This document shows, piece after piece, positions 51,466 through 63,100 of a DNA stretch of 64,000 nucleotides; positions within the stretch are counted from its first letter, which is position 1, and each line of letters begins with the position of its first letter. Location: assembly GCA_964016885.1 (NCBI GenBank), contig OZ024740.1, forward strand, positions 16,058,001-16,122,000. The letters are read 5' to 3'. The notes below the pieces were generated by a model. It was not told the origin of the DNA and did no database searches. It saw nothing but the letters and a program-made list of their open reading frames with translations. The DNA comes from Eledone cirrhosa. Its lineage: Eukaryota. The translations under genes were made by a program, and so were the position numbers.

Positions 51466-54400
51466 AGAGCTAGACAGCAGAATGTCTTCAGAGAAGAAAC
51501 TCTCACGAGAGCTGGACAACAGAAGGTCTTCAGAGAAGAAGCTCTCGGGAGAGCTGTACAGCAGAAGGTCTTCAGAGAATAAACTCTCAGGAGAGCTGGA
51601 TAGGAGAAGGTCTTCAGAGAAGAAACTCTTGGGAGAGCTGGACAGCAGAAGGTCTTTAGAGAAGAAACTCTCAGGAGAGCTGAACAGCAGAAGGTCTTCA
51701 GAGAAGAAACTCTCGGGAGAGCTGGACGGCAGGTCTTTAGAGAAGAAACTCTCAGGAGGGCTAGACAGCAGAAGGTGTCCAGAGAAGAAACTGTTATGAG
51801 AGCTGGACAGCAGAAGGTCTTTAGAGAAGAAACTGTCAGGAGAGCTGGACAGCAGAAGGTCTTCAGAGAAGAAACTCTCAGGAGAGCTAGACAGCAGAAG
51901 GTCTTTAGAGAAGAAACTCTCAGGAGAGCTGGACAGAAGAAGGTCTTCAGAGAAGAAACTCTCAGGAGAGCTGGACAGCAGAAGGTCTTCAGAAAAGAAT
52001 CTCTCATGAGAGCTGGACAGCAGAAGGTCTTCAGAGAAGAAACTCTCAGGAGAGCTAGACAGCAGAAGGTTTTCAGAGAAGAAACTCTAGGGAGAGCTGG
52101 ACAGCAGAAGGTCTTCAGAGAAGAAACTCAGGAGAGCTAGACAGCAGAATGTCTTCAGAGAAGAAACTCTCGGGAGTGCTGGACAGCAGAAGGTCTTTAG
52201 AGAAGAAACTCTCAGGAGAGCCAGACAGCAGAAGGTCTTCAGAGAAGAAACTCTCAGGAGAGATGGACAGCAGAAGGTCTTCTGAGAAGAAACTCTCAGG
52301 AGAGCTAGACAGCAGAAGGTCTTCAGAGAAGAAACTCTCAGGAGAGCTACACAGCAGAAGGTCTTCAGAGAAGAAACTCTAGGGAGAGCTGGACAGCAGA
52401 AGGTCTTCAGAGAAGAAACTCAGGAGAGCTAGACAGCAGAATGTCTTCAGAGAAGAAACTCTCGGGAGTGCTGGACAGCAGAAGGTTTTTAGAGAAGAAA
52501 CTCTGAGGAGTGCCAGACAGCAGAAGTTATTCAGAGAAGAAACTCTCAGGCGAGATGGACAGCAGAAGGTCTTCAGAGAAGAAACTCTCAGGAGAGCTAG
52601 ACAGCAGAAGGTCTTTAGAGAAGAAACTCTCAGGAGAGCTGGACAGCAGAAGGTCTTCAGAGAAGAAGCTCTCAGGAGAGCTGGACAGCAGAAGGTCTTC
52701 AGAGAAAAAACTCGCAGGAGAGCTCGACAGCAGATGGTCTTCAGAGAAGAAACTCTCAGGAGAGATAGACAGCAGAAGGTCTTCAGAGAAGAAACTCTCA
52801 GGAGAGCTAGACAGCAGAAGGTCTTCAGAGAAGAAACTCTCAGGAGAGATGGATAGCAGAAGGTCTTTAGAGAAGAAACTTTCGGGAGAGCTGGACAGCA
52901 GAAGGTCTTTAGAGAAGAAACTCTCAGGAGAGCTGGACAGCAGAAGGTCTTCAGAGAAGAAACTCTGAGGAGAGCTGGACAGCAGAAGGTCTTCAGAGAA
53001 GAAACTCTCACGAGAGCTGGACAGCAGAAGGTCTTCAGAGAAGAAACTCTCGGGAGTGCTGGACAGCAGAAGGTCTTTAGAGAAGAAACTCTCAGGAGAG
53101 CTGGACAGAAGAAGGTCTTCAGAGAAGAAACTCTCAGGAGTGATAGACAGCAGAAGGTCTTCAGAGTAGAAACTCTCAGGAGAGCTAGACAGCAGAAGGT
53201 CTTCAGAGAAGAAACTCTCAGGAGAGATGGATAGCAGAAGGTCTTTAGAGAAGAAACTTTCGGGAGAGCTGGACAGCAGAAGGTCTTTAGAGAAGAAACT
53301 CTCAGGAGAGCTGGACAGCAGAAGGTCTTCAGAGAAGAAACTGTCAGGAGAGCTGGACAGCAAAAGGTCTTCAGAGAAGAAACTCTCAGGAGAGCTGGAC
53401 AGCAGGTCTTCAGAGAAGAAACTGTCAGGAGAGCTGGACAGCAGAAGGTCTTCAGAGAAGAAACTCTGAGGAGAGCTGGACAGCAGAAGGTCTTCAGAGA
53501 AGAAACTGTCAGGAGAGCTGGACAGCAGAAGGTCTTCAGGGAAGAAACTCTCAGGAGAGCTAGACAGCAGAATGTCTTCAGAGAAGTAACTTTCAGGAGT
53601 GCTGGACAGCAGAAGGTCTTTAGAGAAGAAACTCTCAGGAGAGCGAGACAGCAGGTCTTCAGAGAAGACACTGTCAGGAGAGCTGGACAACAGATGGTAT
53701 TCAGAGAAGAAACTCTCAGGCGAGCTGGACAGCAGAAGGTCTTCAGAGAAGAAATTCTGAGGAGAGCTGGACAGCAGAAGGTCATCAGAGAAGAAACTCT
53801 CAGGAGAGCTGTACAGTAGGTCTTCAGAGAAGAAACTCTCAGGAGAGCTGGACAGCAGAAGGTCTTCAGAGAAGAAACTTTCAGGAGAGATAGATAGCAG
53901 AAGGTCCTCAGAGAAGAAACTCTCAGGAGAGCTGGACAGGAGAAGATCTTCAGAGAAGAAACTCTTATGAGAGCTGGATAGCAGAAGGTCTTCAGAGAAG
54001 AAACTCTCGGGAGAGCTGGACAGCAGAAGGTCTTTAGAGAAGAATCTCTCAGGAGAGCTAGACAGCAGAAGGTCTTCAGAGAAGAAACTGTCAGGAGAGC
54101 TGGACAGCAGAAGGTCTTTGGAGAAGAAGCTCTTGGGAGAGCTGGACAGCAGAAGGTCTTTAGAGAAGAAACTGTCAGGCGAGCTAGACAGCAGAAGGTC
54201 TTCAGAGAAGAAACTGTCAGGAGACCTGGACAGCAGAAGGTCTTCAGAGAAGAAACTCTCAGGAGAGCTAGACAGCAGAAGGTCTTCAGAGATGAAACTG
54301 TCAGGAGAGCTGGACAGTAGGTCTTCAGAGAAGAAACTCTCGGGAGAGCTGGACAGCAGAAGGTCTTTAGAGAAGAAACTCTCAGGTGAGCTGGACAGTA

Positions 54401-57400
54401 GAAGGTCTTTAGAGAAGAAACTTTCAGGAGAGCTGGACAGCAGAAGGTCTTTAGAGAAGAATCTCTCAGGAGAGCTAGACAGCAGAAGGTCTTCAGAGGA
54501 GAAACTCTCAGGAGAGATAGACAGCAGAAGGTCTTCAGAGAAGAAACTCTCAGGAGAGCTGGATAGCAGAAGGTCTTCAGAGAAGAAACTCTTATGAGAG
54601 CTGGATAGCAGAAGGTCTTCAGAGAAGAAACTGTCAGGAGAGCTAGACAGCAGAATGTCTTCAGAGAAGAAACTCTCACGAGAGCTGGACAACAGAAGGT
54701 CTTCAGAGAAGAAGCTCTCGGGAGAGCTGTACAGCAGAAGGTCTTCAGAGAATAAACTCTCAGGAGAGCTGGATAGGAGAAGGTCTTCAGAGAAGAAACT
54801 CTTGGGAGAGCTGGACAGCAGAAGGTCTTTAGAGAAGAAACTCTCAGGAGAGCTGAACAGCAGAAGGTCTTCAGAGAAGAAACTCTCGGGAGAGCTGGAC
54901 GGCAGGTCTTTAGAGAAGAAACTCTCAGGAGAGCTAGACAGCAGAAGGTGTCCAGAGAAGAAACTGTTATGAGAGCTGGACAGCAGAAGGTCTTTAGAGA
55001 AGAAACTGTCAGGAGAGCTGGACAGCAGAAGGTCTTCAGAGAAGAAACTCTCAGGAGAGCTAGACAGCAGAAGGTCTTTAGAGAAGAAACTCTCAGGAGA
55101 GCTGGACAGAAGAAGGTCTTCAGAGAAGAAACTCTCAGGAGAGCTGGACAGCAGAAGGTCTTCAGAAAAGAATCTCTCATGAGAGCTGGACAGCAGAAGG
55201 TCTTCAGAGAAGAAACTCTCAGGAGAGCTAGACAGCAGAAGGTTTTCAGAGAAGAAACTCTAGGGAGAGCTGGACAGCAGAAGGTCTTCAGAGAAGAAAC
55301 TCAGGAGAGCTAGACAGCAGAATGTCTTCAGAGAAGAAACTCTCGGGAGTGCTGGACAGCAGAAGGTCTTTAGAGAAGAAACTCTCAGGAGAGCCAGACA
55401 GCAGAAGGTCTTCAGAGAAGAAACTCTCAGGAGAGATGGACAGCAGAAGGTCTTCTGAGAAGAAACTCTCAGGAGAGCTAGACAGCAGAAGGTCTTCAGA
55501 GAAGAAACTCTCAGGAGAGCTACACAGCAGAAGGTCTTCAGAGAAGAAACTCTAGGGAGAGCTGGACAGCAGAAGGTCTTCAGAGAAGAAACTCAGGAGA
55601 GCTAGACAGCAGAATGTCTTCAGAGAAGAAACTCTCGGGAGTGCTGGACAGCAGAAGGTTTTTAGAGAAGAAACTCTGAGGAGTGCCAGACAGCAGAAGT
55701 TATTCAGAGAAGAAACTCTCAGGCGAGATGGACAGCAGAAGGTCTTCAGAGAAGAAACTCTCAGGAGAGCTAGACAGCAGAAGGTCTTTAGAGAAGAAAC
55801 TCTCAGGAGAGCTGGACAGCAGAAGGTCTTCAGAGAAGAAACTCTCACGAGAGCTGGACAGCAGTAGGTCTTCAGAGAAGAAGCTCTCAGGAGAGCTGGA
55901 CAGCAGAAGGTCTTCAGAGAAAAAACTCGCAGGAGAGCTCGACAGCAGATGGTCTTCAGAGAAGAAACTCTCAGGAGAGATAGACAGCAGAAGGTCTTCA
56001 GAGAAGAAACTCTCAGGAGAGCTAGACAGCAGAAGGTCTTCAGAGAAGAAACTCTCAGGAGAGATGGATAGCAGAAGGTCTTTAGAGAAGAAACTTTCGG
56101 GAGAGCTGGACAGCAGAAGGTCTTTAGAGAAGAAACTCTCAGGAGAGCTGGACAGCAGAAGGTCTTCAGAGAAGAAACTCTGAGGAGAGCTGGACAGCAG
56201 AAGGTCTTCAGAGAAGAAACTCTCACGAGAGCTGGACAGCAGAAGGTCTTCAGAGAAGAAACTCTCGGGAGTGCTGGACAGCAGAAGGTCTTTAGAGAAG
56301 AAACTCTCAGGAGAGCTGGACAGAAGAAGGTCTTCAGAGAAGAAACTCTCAGGAGTGATAGACAGCAGAAGGTCTTCAGAGTAGAAACTCTCAGGAGAGC
56401 TAGACAGCAGAAGGTCTTCAGAGAAGAAACTCTCAGGAGAGATGGATAGCAGAAGGTCTTTAGAGAAGAAACTTTCGGGAGAGCTGGACAGCAGAAGGTC
56501 TTTAGAGAAGAAACTCTCAGGAGAGCTGGACAGCAGAAGGTCTTCAGAGAAGAAACTGTCAGGAGAGCTGGACAGCAAAAGGTCTTCAGAGAAGAAACTC
56601 TCAGGAGAGCTGGACAGCAGGTCTTCAGAGAAGAAACTGTCAGGAGAGCTGGACAGCAGAAGGTCTTCAGAGAAGAAACTCTGAGGAGAGCTGGACAGCA
56701 GAAGGTCTTCAGAGAAGAAACTGTCAGGAGAGCTGGACAGCAGAAGGTCTTCAGGGAAGAAACTCTCAGGAGAGCTAGACAGCAGAATGTCTTCAGAGAA
56801 GTAACTTTCAGGAGTGCTGGACAGCAGAAGGTCTTTAGAGAAGAAACTCTCAGGAGAGCTAGACAGCAGGTCTTCAGAGAAGACACTGTCAGGAGAGCTG
56901 GACAACAGATGGTATTCAGAGAAGAAACTCTCAGGCGAGCTGGACAGCAGAAGGTCTTCAGAGAAGAAATTCTGAGGAGAGCTGGACAGCAGAAGGTCAT
57001 CAGAGAAGAAACTCTCAGGAGAGCTGTACAGTAGGTCTTCAGAGAAGAAACTCTCAGGAGAGCTGGACAGCAGAAGGTCTTCAGAGAAGAAACTTTCAGG
57101 AGAGATAGATAGCAGAAGGTCCTCAGAGAAGAAACTCTCAGGAGAGCTGGACAGGAGAAGATCTTCAGAGAAGAAACTCTTATGAGAGCTGGATAGCAGA
57201 AGGTCTTCAGAGAAGAAACTCTCGGGAGAGCTGGACAGCAGAAGGTCTTTAGAGAAGAATCTCTCAGGAGAGCTAGACAGCAGAAGGTCTTCAGAGAAGA
57301 AACTGTCAGGAGAGCTGGACAGCAGAAGGTCTTTGGAGAAGAAGCTCTTGGGAGAGCTGGACAGCAGAAGGTCTTTAGAGAAGAAACTGTCAGGCGAGCT

Positions 57401-57630
57401 AGACAGCAGAAGGTCTTCAGAGAAGAAACTGTCAGGAGACCTGGACAGCAGAAGGTCTTCAGAGAAGAAACTCTCAGGAGAGCTAGACAGCAGAAGGTCT
57501 TCAGAGATGAAACTGTCAGGAGAGCTGGACAGTAGGTCTTCAGAGAAGAAACTCTCGGGAGAGCTGGACAGCAGAAGGTCTTTAGAGAAGAAACTCTCAG
57601 GTGAGCTGGACAGTAGAAGGTCTTTAGAGA
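51300..57630. repeat. Tandem duplication of ~3.2 kb
   Basis: Offsets 3173 (51482/54655, 51775/54948, 52149/55322, 52510/55683), then 3215 (53227/56442, 54118/57333). Shared private variants include gagctacac, gtgccagac, gagctcgac and gagtgatag. Confidence 0.9.
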
Positions 57631-60119
57631 AGAATCTCTCAGGAGAGCTAGACAGCAGAAGGTCTTCAGAGAAGAAACTGTCAGGAGAGCTGGACAGCAG
57701 AAGGTCTTTGGAGAAGAAGCTCTTGGGAGAGCTGGACAGCAGAAGGTCTTCAGAGAAGAAACTCTCAGGAGAGTTGGACAGCAGAAGGTCTTCAGAGAAG
57801 AAACTCTCAGGAGAGCTGGACAGGAGAAGATCTTCAGAGAAGAAACTCTTATGAGAGCTGGATAGCAGAAGGTCTTCAGAGAAGAAACTCTCGGGAGAGC
57901 TGGACAGCAGAAGGTCTTTAGAGAAGAATCTCTCAGGAGAGCTAGACAGCAGAAGGTCTTCAGAGAAGAAACTGTCAGGAGAGCTGGACAGCAGAAGGTC
58001 TTTGGAGAAGAAGCTCTTGGGAGAGCTGGACAGCAGAAGGTCTTTAGAGAAGAAACTGTCAGGCGAGCTAGACAGCAGAAGGTCTTCAGAGAAGAAACTG
58101 TCAGGAGACCTGGACAGCAGAAGGTCTTCAGAGAAGAAACTCTCAGGAGAGCTAGACAGCAGAAGGTCTTCAGAGATGAAACTGTCAGGAGAGCTGGACA
58201 GTAGGTCTTCAGAGAAGAAACTCTCGGGAGAGCTGGACAGCAGAAGGTCTTTAGAGAAGAAACTCTCAGGTGAGCTGGACAGTAGAAGGTCTTTAGAGAA
58301 GAAACTTTCAGGAGAGCTGGACAGCAGAAGCTCTTCAGAGAAGAAACTGACAGGAGAGCTGGACAGCAGAAGGTCTTTAGAGAAGAAACTCTCAGGAGAG
58401 CTGGACAGCAGAAGGTCTTCAAAAAACAAACTGTCAGGACAGCTGGACAGCGGAAGGTCTTTAGAGAAGAAACTCTCAGGAGAGCTGAACAGCAGAAGGT
58501 CTTCAGAGAAGAAACTCTCGGGAGAGCTGGACAGCAGAAGGTCTTTAGATAAGAAACTGTCAGGAGAGCTGGACAGCAGAAGGTCTTCAGAAAAGAATCT
58601 CTCATGAGAGCTGGACAGCAGAAGGTCCTCAGAGAAGAAACTCTCACGAGAGCTGGACAACAGAAGGTCTTCAGAGAAGAAGCTCTCGGGAGAGCTGGAC
58701 AGCAGAAGGTCTTCAAAGAAGAAACTCGCAGGAGAGCTAGACAGCAGAATGTCTTCAGAGAAGAAACTCTCAGGAGAGATGGACAGCAGAAGGTCTTCAG
58801 AGAAGAAACTCTCAGGAGAGCTGGATAGCAGAAGGTCTTCAGAGAAGAAACTTTCGGGAGAGCTGGACAGCAGAAGGTCTTTAGAGAGGAAACTCTCAGG
58901 AGAGCTAGACAGCAGAAGGTCTTCAGAGAAGAAACTCTCAGGAGAGCTGGACAGCAGAAGGTCTTCAGAGAAGAAACTCTCAGGAGAGCTAGACAGCAGA
59001 ATGTCTTCAGAGAAGTAACTTTCGGGAGTGCTGGACAGCAGAAGGTCTTTAGAGAAGAAACTCTCAGGAGAGCTAAACAGCAGAAGGTCTTCAGAGAAGA
59101 CACTGTCAGGAGAGCTGGACAGCAGATGGTCTTCAGAAAAGAAACTCTCAGGTAGAGCTGGACAGCAGAAGATCTTAAGAGAAGAAACTCAGGAGAGCTG
59201 GACAGCAGAAGGTCTTCAGAGAAGAAACTTTCAGGAGAGCTGGACAGCAGAAGGTCTTCAGAGAAGAAACTCTGAGGAGAGCTGTACAGTAGGTCTTCAG
59301 AGAAGAAACTCTCAGGAGAGATGGACAGCAGAAGGTCTTCAGAGAAAAAACTCTCGGGAGAGCTAGACAGCAGAAGGTCTTCAGAGGAGAAACTCTCAGG
59401 AGAGATAGACAGCAGAAGGTCTTCAGAGAAGAAACTCTCAGGAGAGCTGGATAGCAGAAGGTCTTCAGAGAAGAAACTCTTATGAGAGCTGGATAGCAGA
59501 AGGTCTTCAGAGAAGAAACTGTCAGGAGAGCTGGACAGCAGAAGGTCTTCATAGAAGAAACTCTCAGGAGAGCTAGACAGCAGAAGGTCTTCAGAGAAGA
59601 TACTCTCACGAGAGCCGGACAGCAGAAGGTCTTCAGAGAAGAAACTCTCAGGAGAGCTGGACAGCAGAAGGTCTTCAGAGAAGAAACTCTCAGGAGAGCT
59701 GGACAGCAGAAGGTCTTCAGAGAAGAAACTCTGAGAAGAGTTGTACAGTAGGTTTTCAGAGAAGAAACTCTCAGGAGAGCTGGACAGCAGAAGGTCTTCT
59801 GAGAAGAAACTCTAAGGAGAGCTAGACAGCAGAATGTCTTCAGAGAAGAAACTCTCGGGATAGATGGACAGCAGAAGGTCTTCAGAGAAGAAACTCTCAG
59901 GAGAGCTGGATAGCAGAAGGTCTTCAGAGAAGAAACTTTCGGGAGAGCTGGACAGCAGAAGGTCTTTAGAGAAGAAACTCTCAGGAGAGCTAGACAGCAG
60001 AAGGTCTTTAGAGAAGAAACTCTCAGGAGAGCTGGACAGCAGAAGGTCTTTAGAGAAGAAACTCTCAGGAGAGCTGGACAGCAGAAGGTCTTCAGAGAAG
60101 AAACTGTCAGGAGAGCTGG

Positions 60120-63100
60120 ACAGCAGAAGGTCTTCAGAGAAGAAACTCTCAGGAGAGCTAGACAGCAGAATGTCTTCAGAGAAGTAACTTTCGGAAGTGC
60201 TGGACAGCAGAAGGTCTTTAGAGAAGAAACTCTCAGGAGAGCTAAACAGCAGAAGGTCTTCAGAGAAGACACTGTCAGGAGAGCTGGACAGCAGATGGTC
60301 TTCAGAAAAGAAACTCTCAGGTAGAGCTGGACAGCAGAAGATCTTCAGAGAAGAAACTCAGGAGAGCTGGACAGCAGAAGGTCTTCAGAGAAGAAACTCT
60401 GAGGAGAGCTGTACAGTAGGTCTTCAGAGAAGAAACTCTCAGGAGAGATGGACAGCAGAAGGTCTTCAGAGAAAAAGCTCTCGGGAGAGCTAGACAGCAG
60501 AAGGTCTTCAGAGGAGAAACTCTCAGGAGAGATAGACAGCAGAAGGTCTTCAGAGAAGAAACTCTCAGGAGAGCTGGATAGCAGAAGGTCTTCAGAGAAG
60601 AAACTCTTATGAGAGCTGGATAGCAGAAGGTCTTCAGAGAAGAAACTGTCAGGAGAGCTGGACAGCAGAAGGTCTTCAGAGAAGAAACTCTCAGGAGAGC
60701 TAGACAGTAGAAGGTCTTCAGAGAAGATACTCTCACGAGAGCTGGACAGCAGAAGGTCTTCAGAGAAGAAACTGTCAGGAGAGCTGCACAGCAGAAGGTC
60801 TTTAAAGAAGAAACTCTCAGGAGAGCTGGACAGCAGAAGGTCTTCAGAAAAGAAACTCTCAGGAGAGCTAGACAGCAGAATGTCTTCAGAGAAGAAACTC
60901 TCACGAGAGCTGGACAACAGAAGGTCTTCAGAGAAGAAGCTCTCGGGAGAGCTGTACAGCAGAAGGTCTTCAGAGAAGAAACTCTCAGGAGAGCTGGACA
61001 GCAGAAGGTCTTCAGAGAAGAAACTGTCCGGACAGCTGGACAGCGGAAGGTCTTTAGAGAAGAAACTCTCAGGAGAGCTGAACAGCAGAAGGTCTTCAGT
61101 GAAGAAACTGTCAGGAGAGCTGGACAGCAGAAGGTCTTCAGAGAAGAAACTCTCAGGAGAGCTAGACAGCAGAATGTCTTCAGAGAAGTAACTTTCGGGA
61201 GTGCTGGACAGCAGAAGGTCTTTAGAGAAGAAACTCTCAGGAGAGCTAAACAGCAGAAGGTCTTCAGAGAAGACACTGTCAGGAGAGCTGGACAGCAGAT
61301 GGTCTTCAGAAAAGAAACTCTCAGGTAGAGCTGGACAGCAGAAGATCTTCAGAGAAGAAACTCAGGAGAGCTGGACAGCAGAAGGTCTTCAGAGAAGAAA
61401 CTTTGAGGAGAGCTGGACAGCAGAAGGTCTTCAGAGAAGAAACTCTGAGGAGAGCTGTACAGTAGGTCTTCAGAGAAGAAACTCTCAGGAGAGATGGACA
61501 GCAGAAGGTCTTCAGAGAAAAAGCTCTCGGGAGAGCTAGACAGCAGAAGGTCTTCAGAGGAGAAACTCTCAGGAGAGATAGACAGCAGAAGGTCTTCAGA
61601 GAAGAAACTCTCAGGAGAGCTGGATAGCAGAAGGTCTTCAGAGAAGAAACTCTTATGAGAGCTGGATAGCAAAAGGTCTTCAGAGAAGAAACTGTCAGGA
61701 GAGCTGGACAGCAGAAGGTCTTCAGAGAAGAAACTCTCAGGAGAGCTAGACAGCAGAAGGTCTTCAGAGAAGATACTCTCACGAGAGCTGGACAGCAGAA
61801 GGTCTTCAGAGAAGAAACTGTCAGGAGAGCTGGACAGCAGAAGGTCTTTAAAGAAGAAACTCTCAGGAGAGCTGGACAGCAGAAGGTCTTCAGAAAAGAA
61901 ACTCTCAGGAGAGCTAGACAGCAGAATGTCTTCAGAGAAGAAACTCTCACGAGAGCTGGACAACAGAAGGTCTTCAGAGAAGAAGCTCTCGGGAGAGCTG
62001 TACAGCAGAAGGTCTTCAGAGAAGAAACTCTCAGGAGAGCTGGACAGCAGAAGGTCTTCAGAGAAGAAACTGTCCGGACAGCTGGACAGCGGAAGGTCTT
62101 CAGAGAAGAAACTCTCGGGAGAGCTGGACAGCAGGTCTTTAGAGAAGAAACTCTCAGGAGAGCTAGACAGCAGAAGGTGTCCAGAGAAGAAACTGTTATG
62201 AGAGCTGGACAGCAGAAGGTCTTTAGAGAAGAAACTGTCAGGAGAGCTGGACATCAGAAGGTCTTCAGAGAAGAAACTCTCAGGAGAGCTAGACAGCAGA
62301 AGGTCTTTAGAGAAGAAACTCTCAGGAGGGCTGGACAGCAGAAGGTCTTCAGAAAAGAATCTCTCATGAGAGCTGGACAGCAGAAGGTCTTCAGAGAAGA
62401 AACTCTCAGGAGAGCTAGACAGCAGAAGGTTTTCAGAGAAGAAACTCTAGGGAGAGCTGGACAGCAGAAGGTCTTCAGAGAAGAAACTCAGGAGAGCTAG
62501 ACAGCAGAATGTCTTCAGAGAAGAAACTCTCGGGAGTGCTGGACAGCAGAAGGTCTTTAGAGAAGAAACTCTCAGGAGAGCCAGACAGCAGGTCTTCAGA
62601 GAAGAAACTCTCAGGAGAGATGTACAGCAGAAGGTCTTCTGAGAAGAAACTCTCAGGAGAGCTAGACAGCAGAAGGTCTTCAGAGAAGAAACTCTCAGGA
62701 GAGCTAGACAGCAGAAGGTCTTCAGAGAAGAAACTTTGAGGAGAGCTGGACAGCAGAAGGTCTTCAGAGAAGAAACTCTGAGGAGAATGTACAGTAGGTC
62801 TTCAGAGAAGAAACTCTCAGGAGAGATGGACAGCAGAAGGTCTTCAGAGAAAAAGCTCTCGGGAGAGCTAGACAGCAGAAGGTCTTCAGAGGAGAAACTC
62901 TCAGGAGAGATAGACAGCAGAAGGTCTTCAGAGAAGAAACTCTCAGGAGAGCTGGATAGCAGAAGGTCTTCAGAGAAGAAACTCTTATGAGAGCTGGATA
63001 GCAAAAGGTCTTCAGAGAAGAAACTGTCAGGAGAGCTGGACAGCAGAAGGGCTTCAGAGAAGAAACTCTCAGGAGAGCTAGACAGCAGAAGGTCTTCAGA

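Noticed and set aside
1878-59103. Very long minus-strand ORFs (up to 1478 aa; VSSLKTFCCPALLR and SFFSEDLLLSSSPE repeats) as protein-coding genes
   Set aside because: These frames are open in the consensus and few single-base changes create stops. The ORFs overlap each other in two frames, switch frame at 40/43-bp monomers, mostly start at alternative codons, and have no unique domain, signal or flanking gene structure.
36731-62790. Singleton 1-bp indels (~36733, 40059, ~42930, ~62787) as meaningful variants
   Set aside because: Each is absent from the sister copy of its duplicated block, so they cannot be told apart from sequencing or consensus errors.
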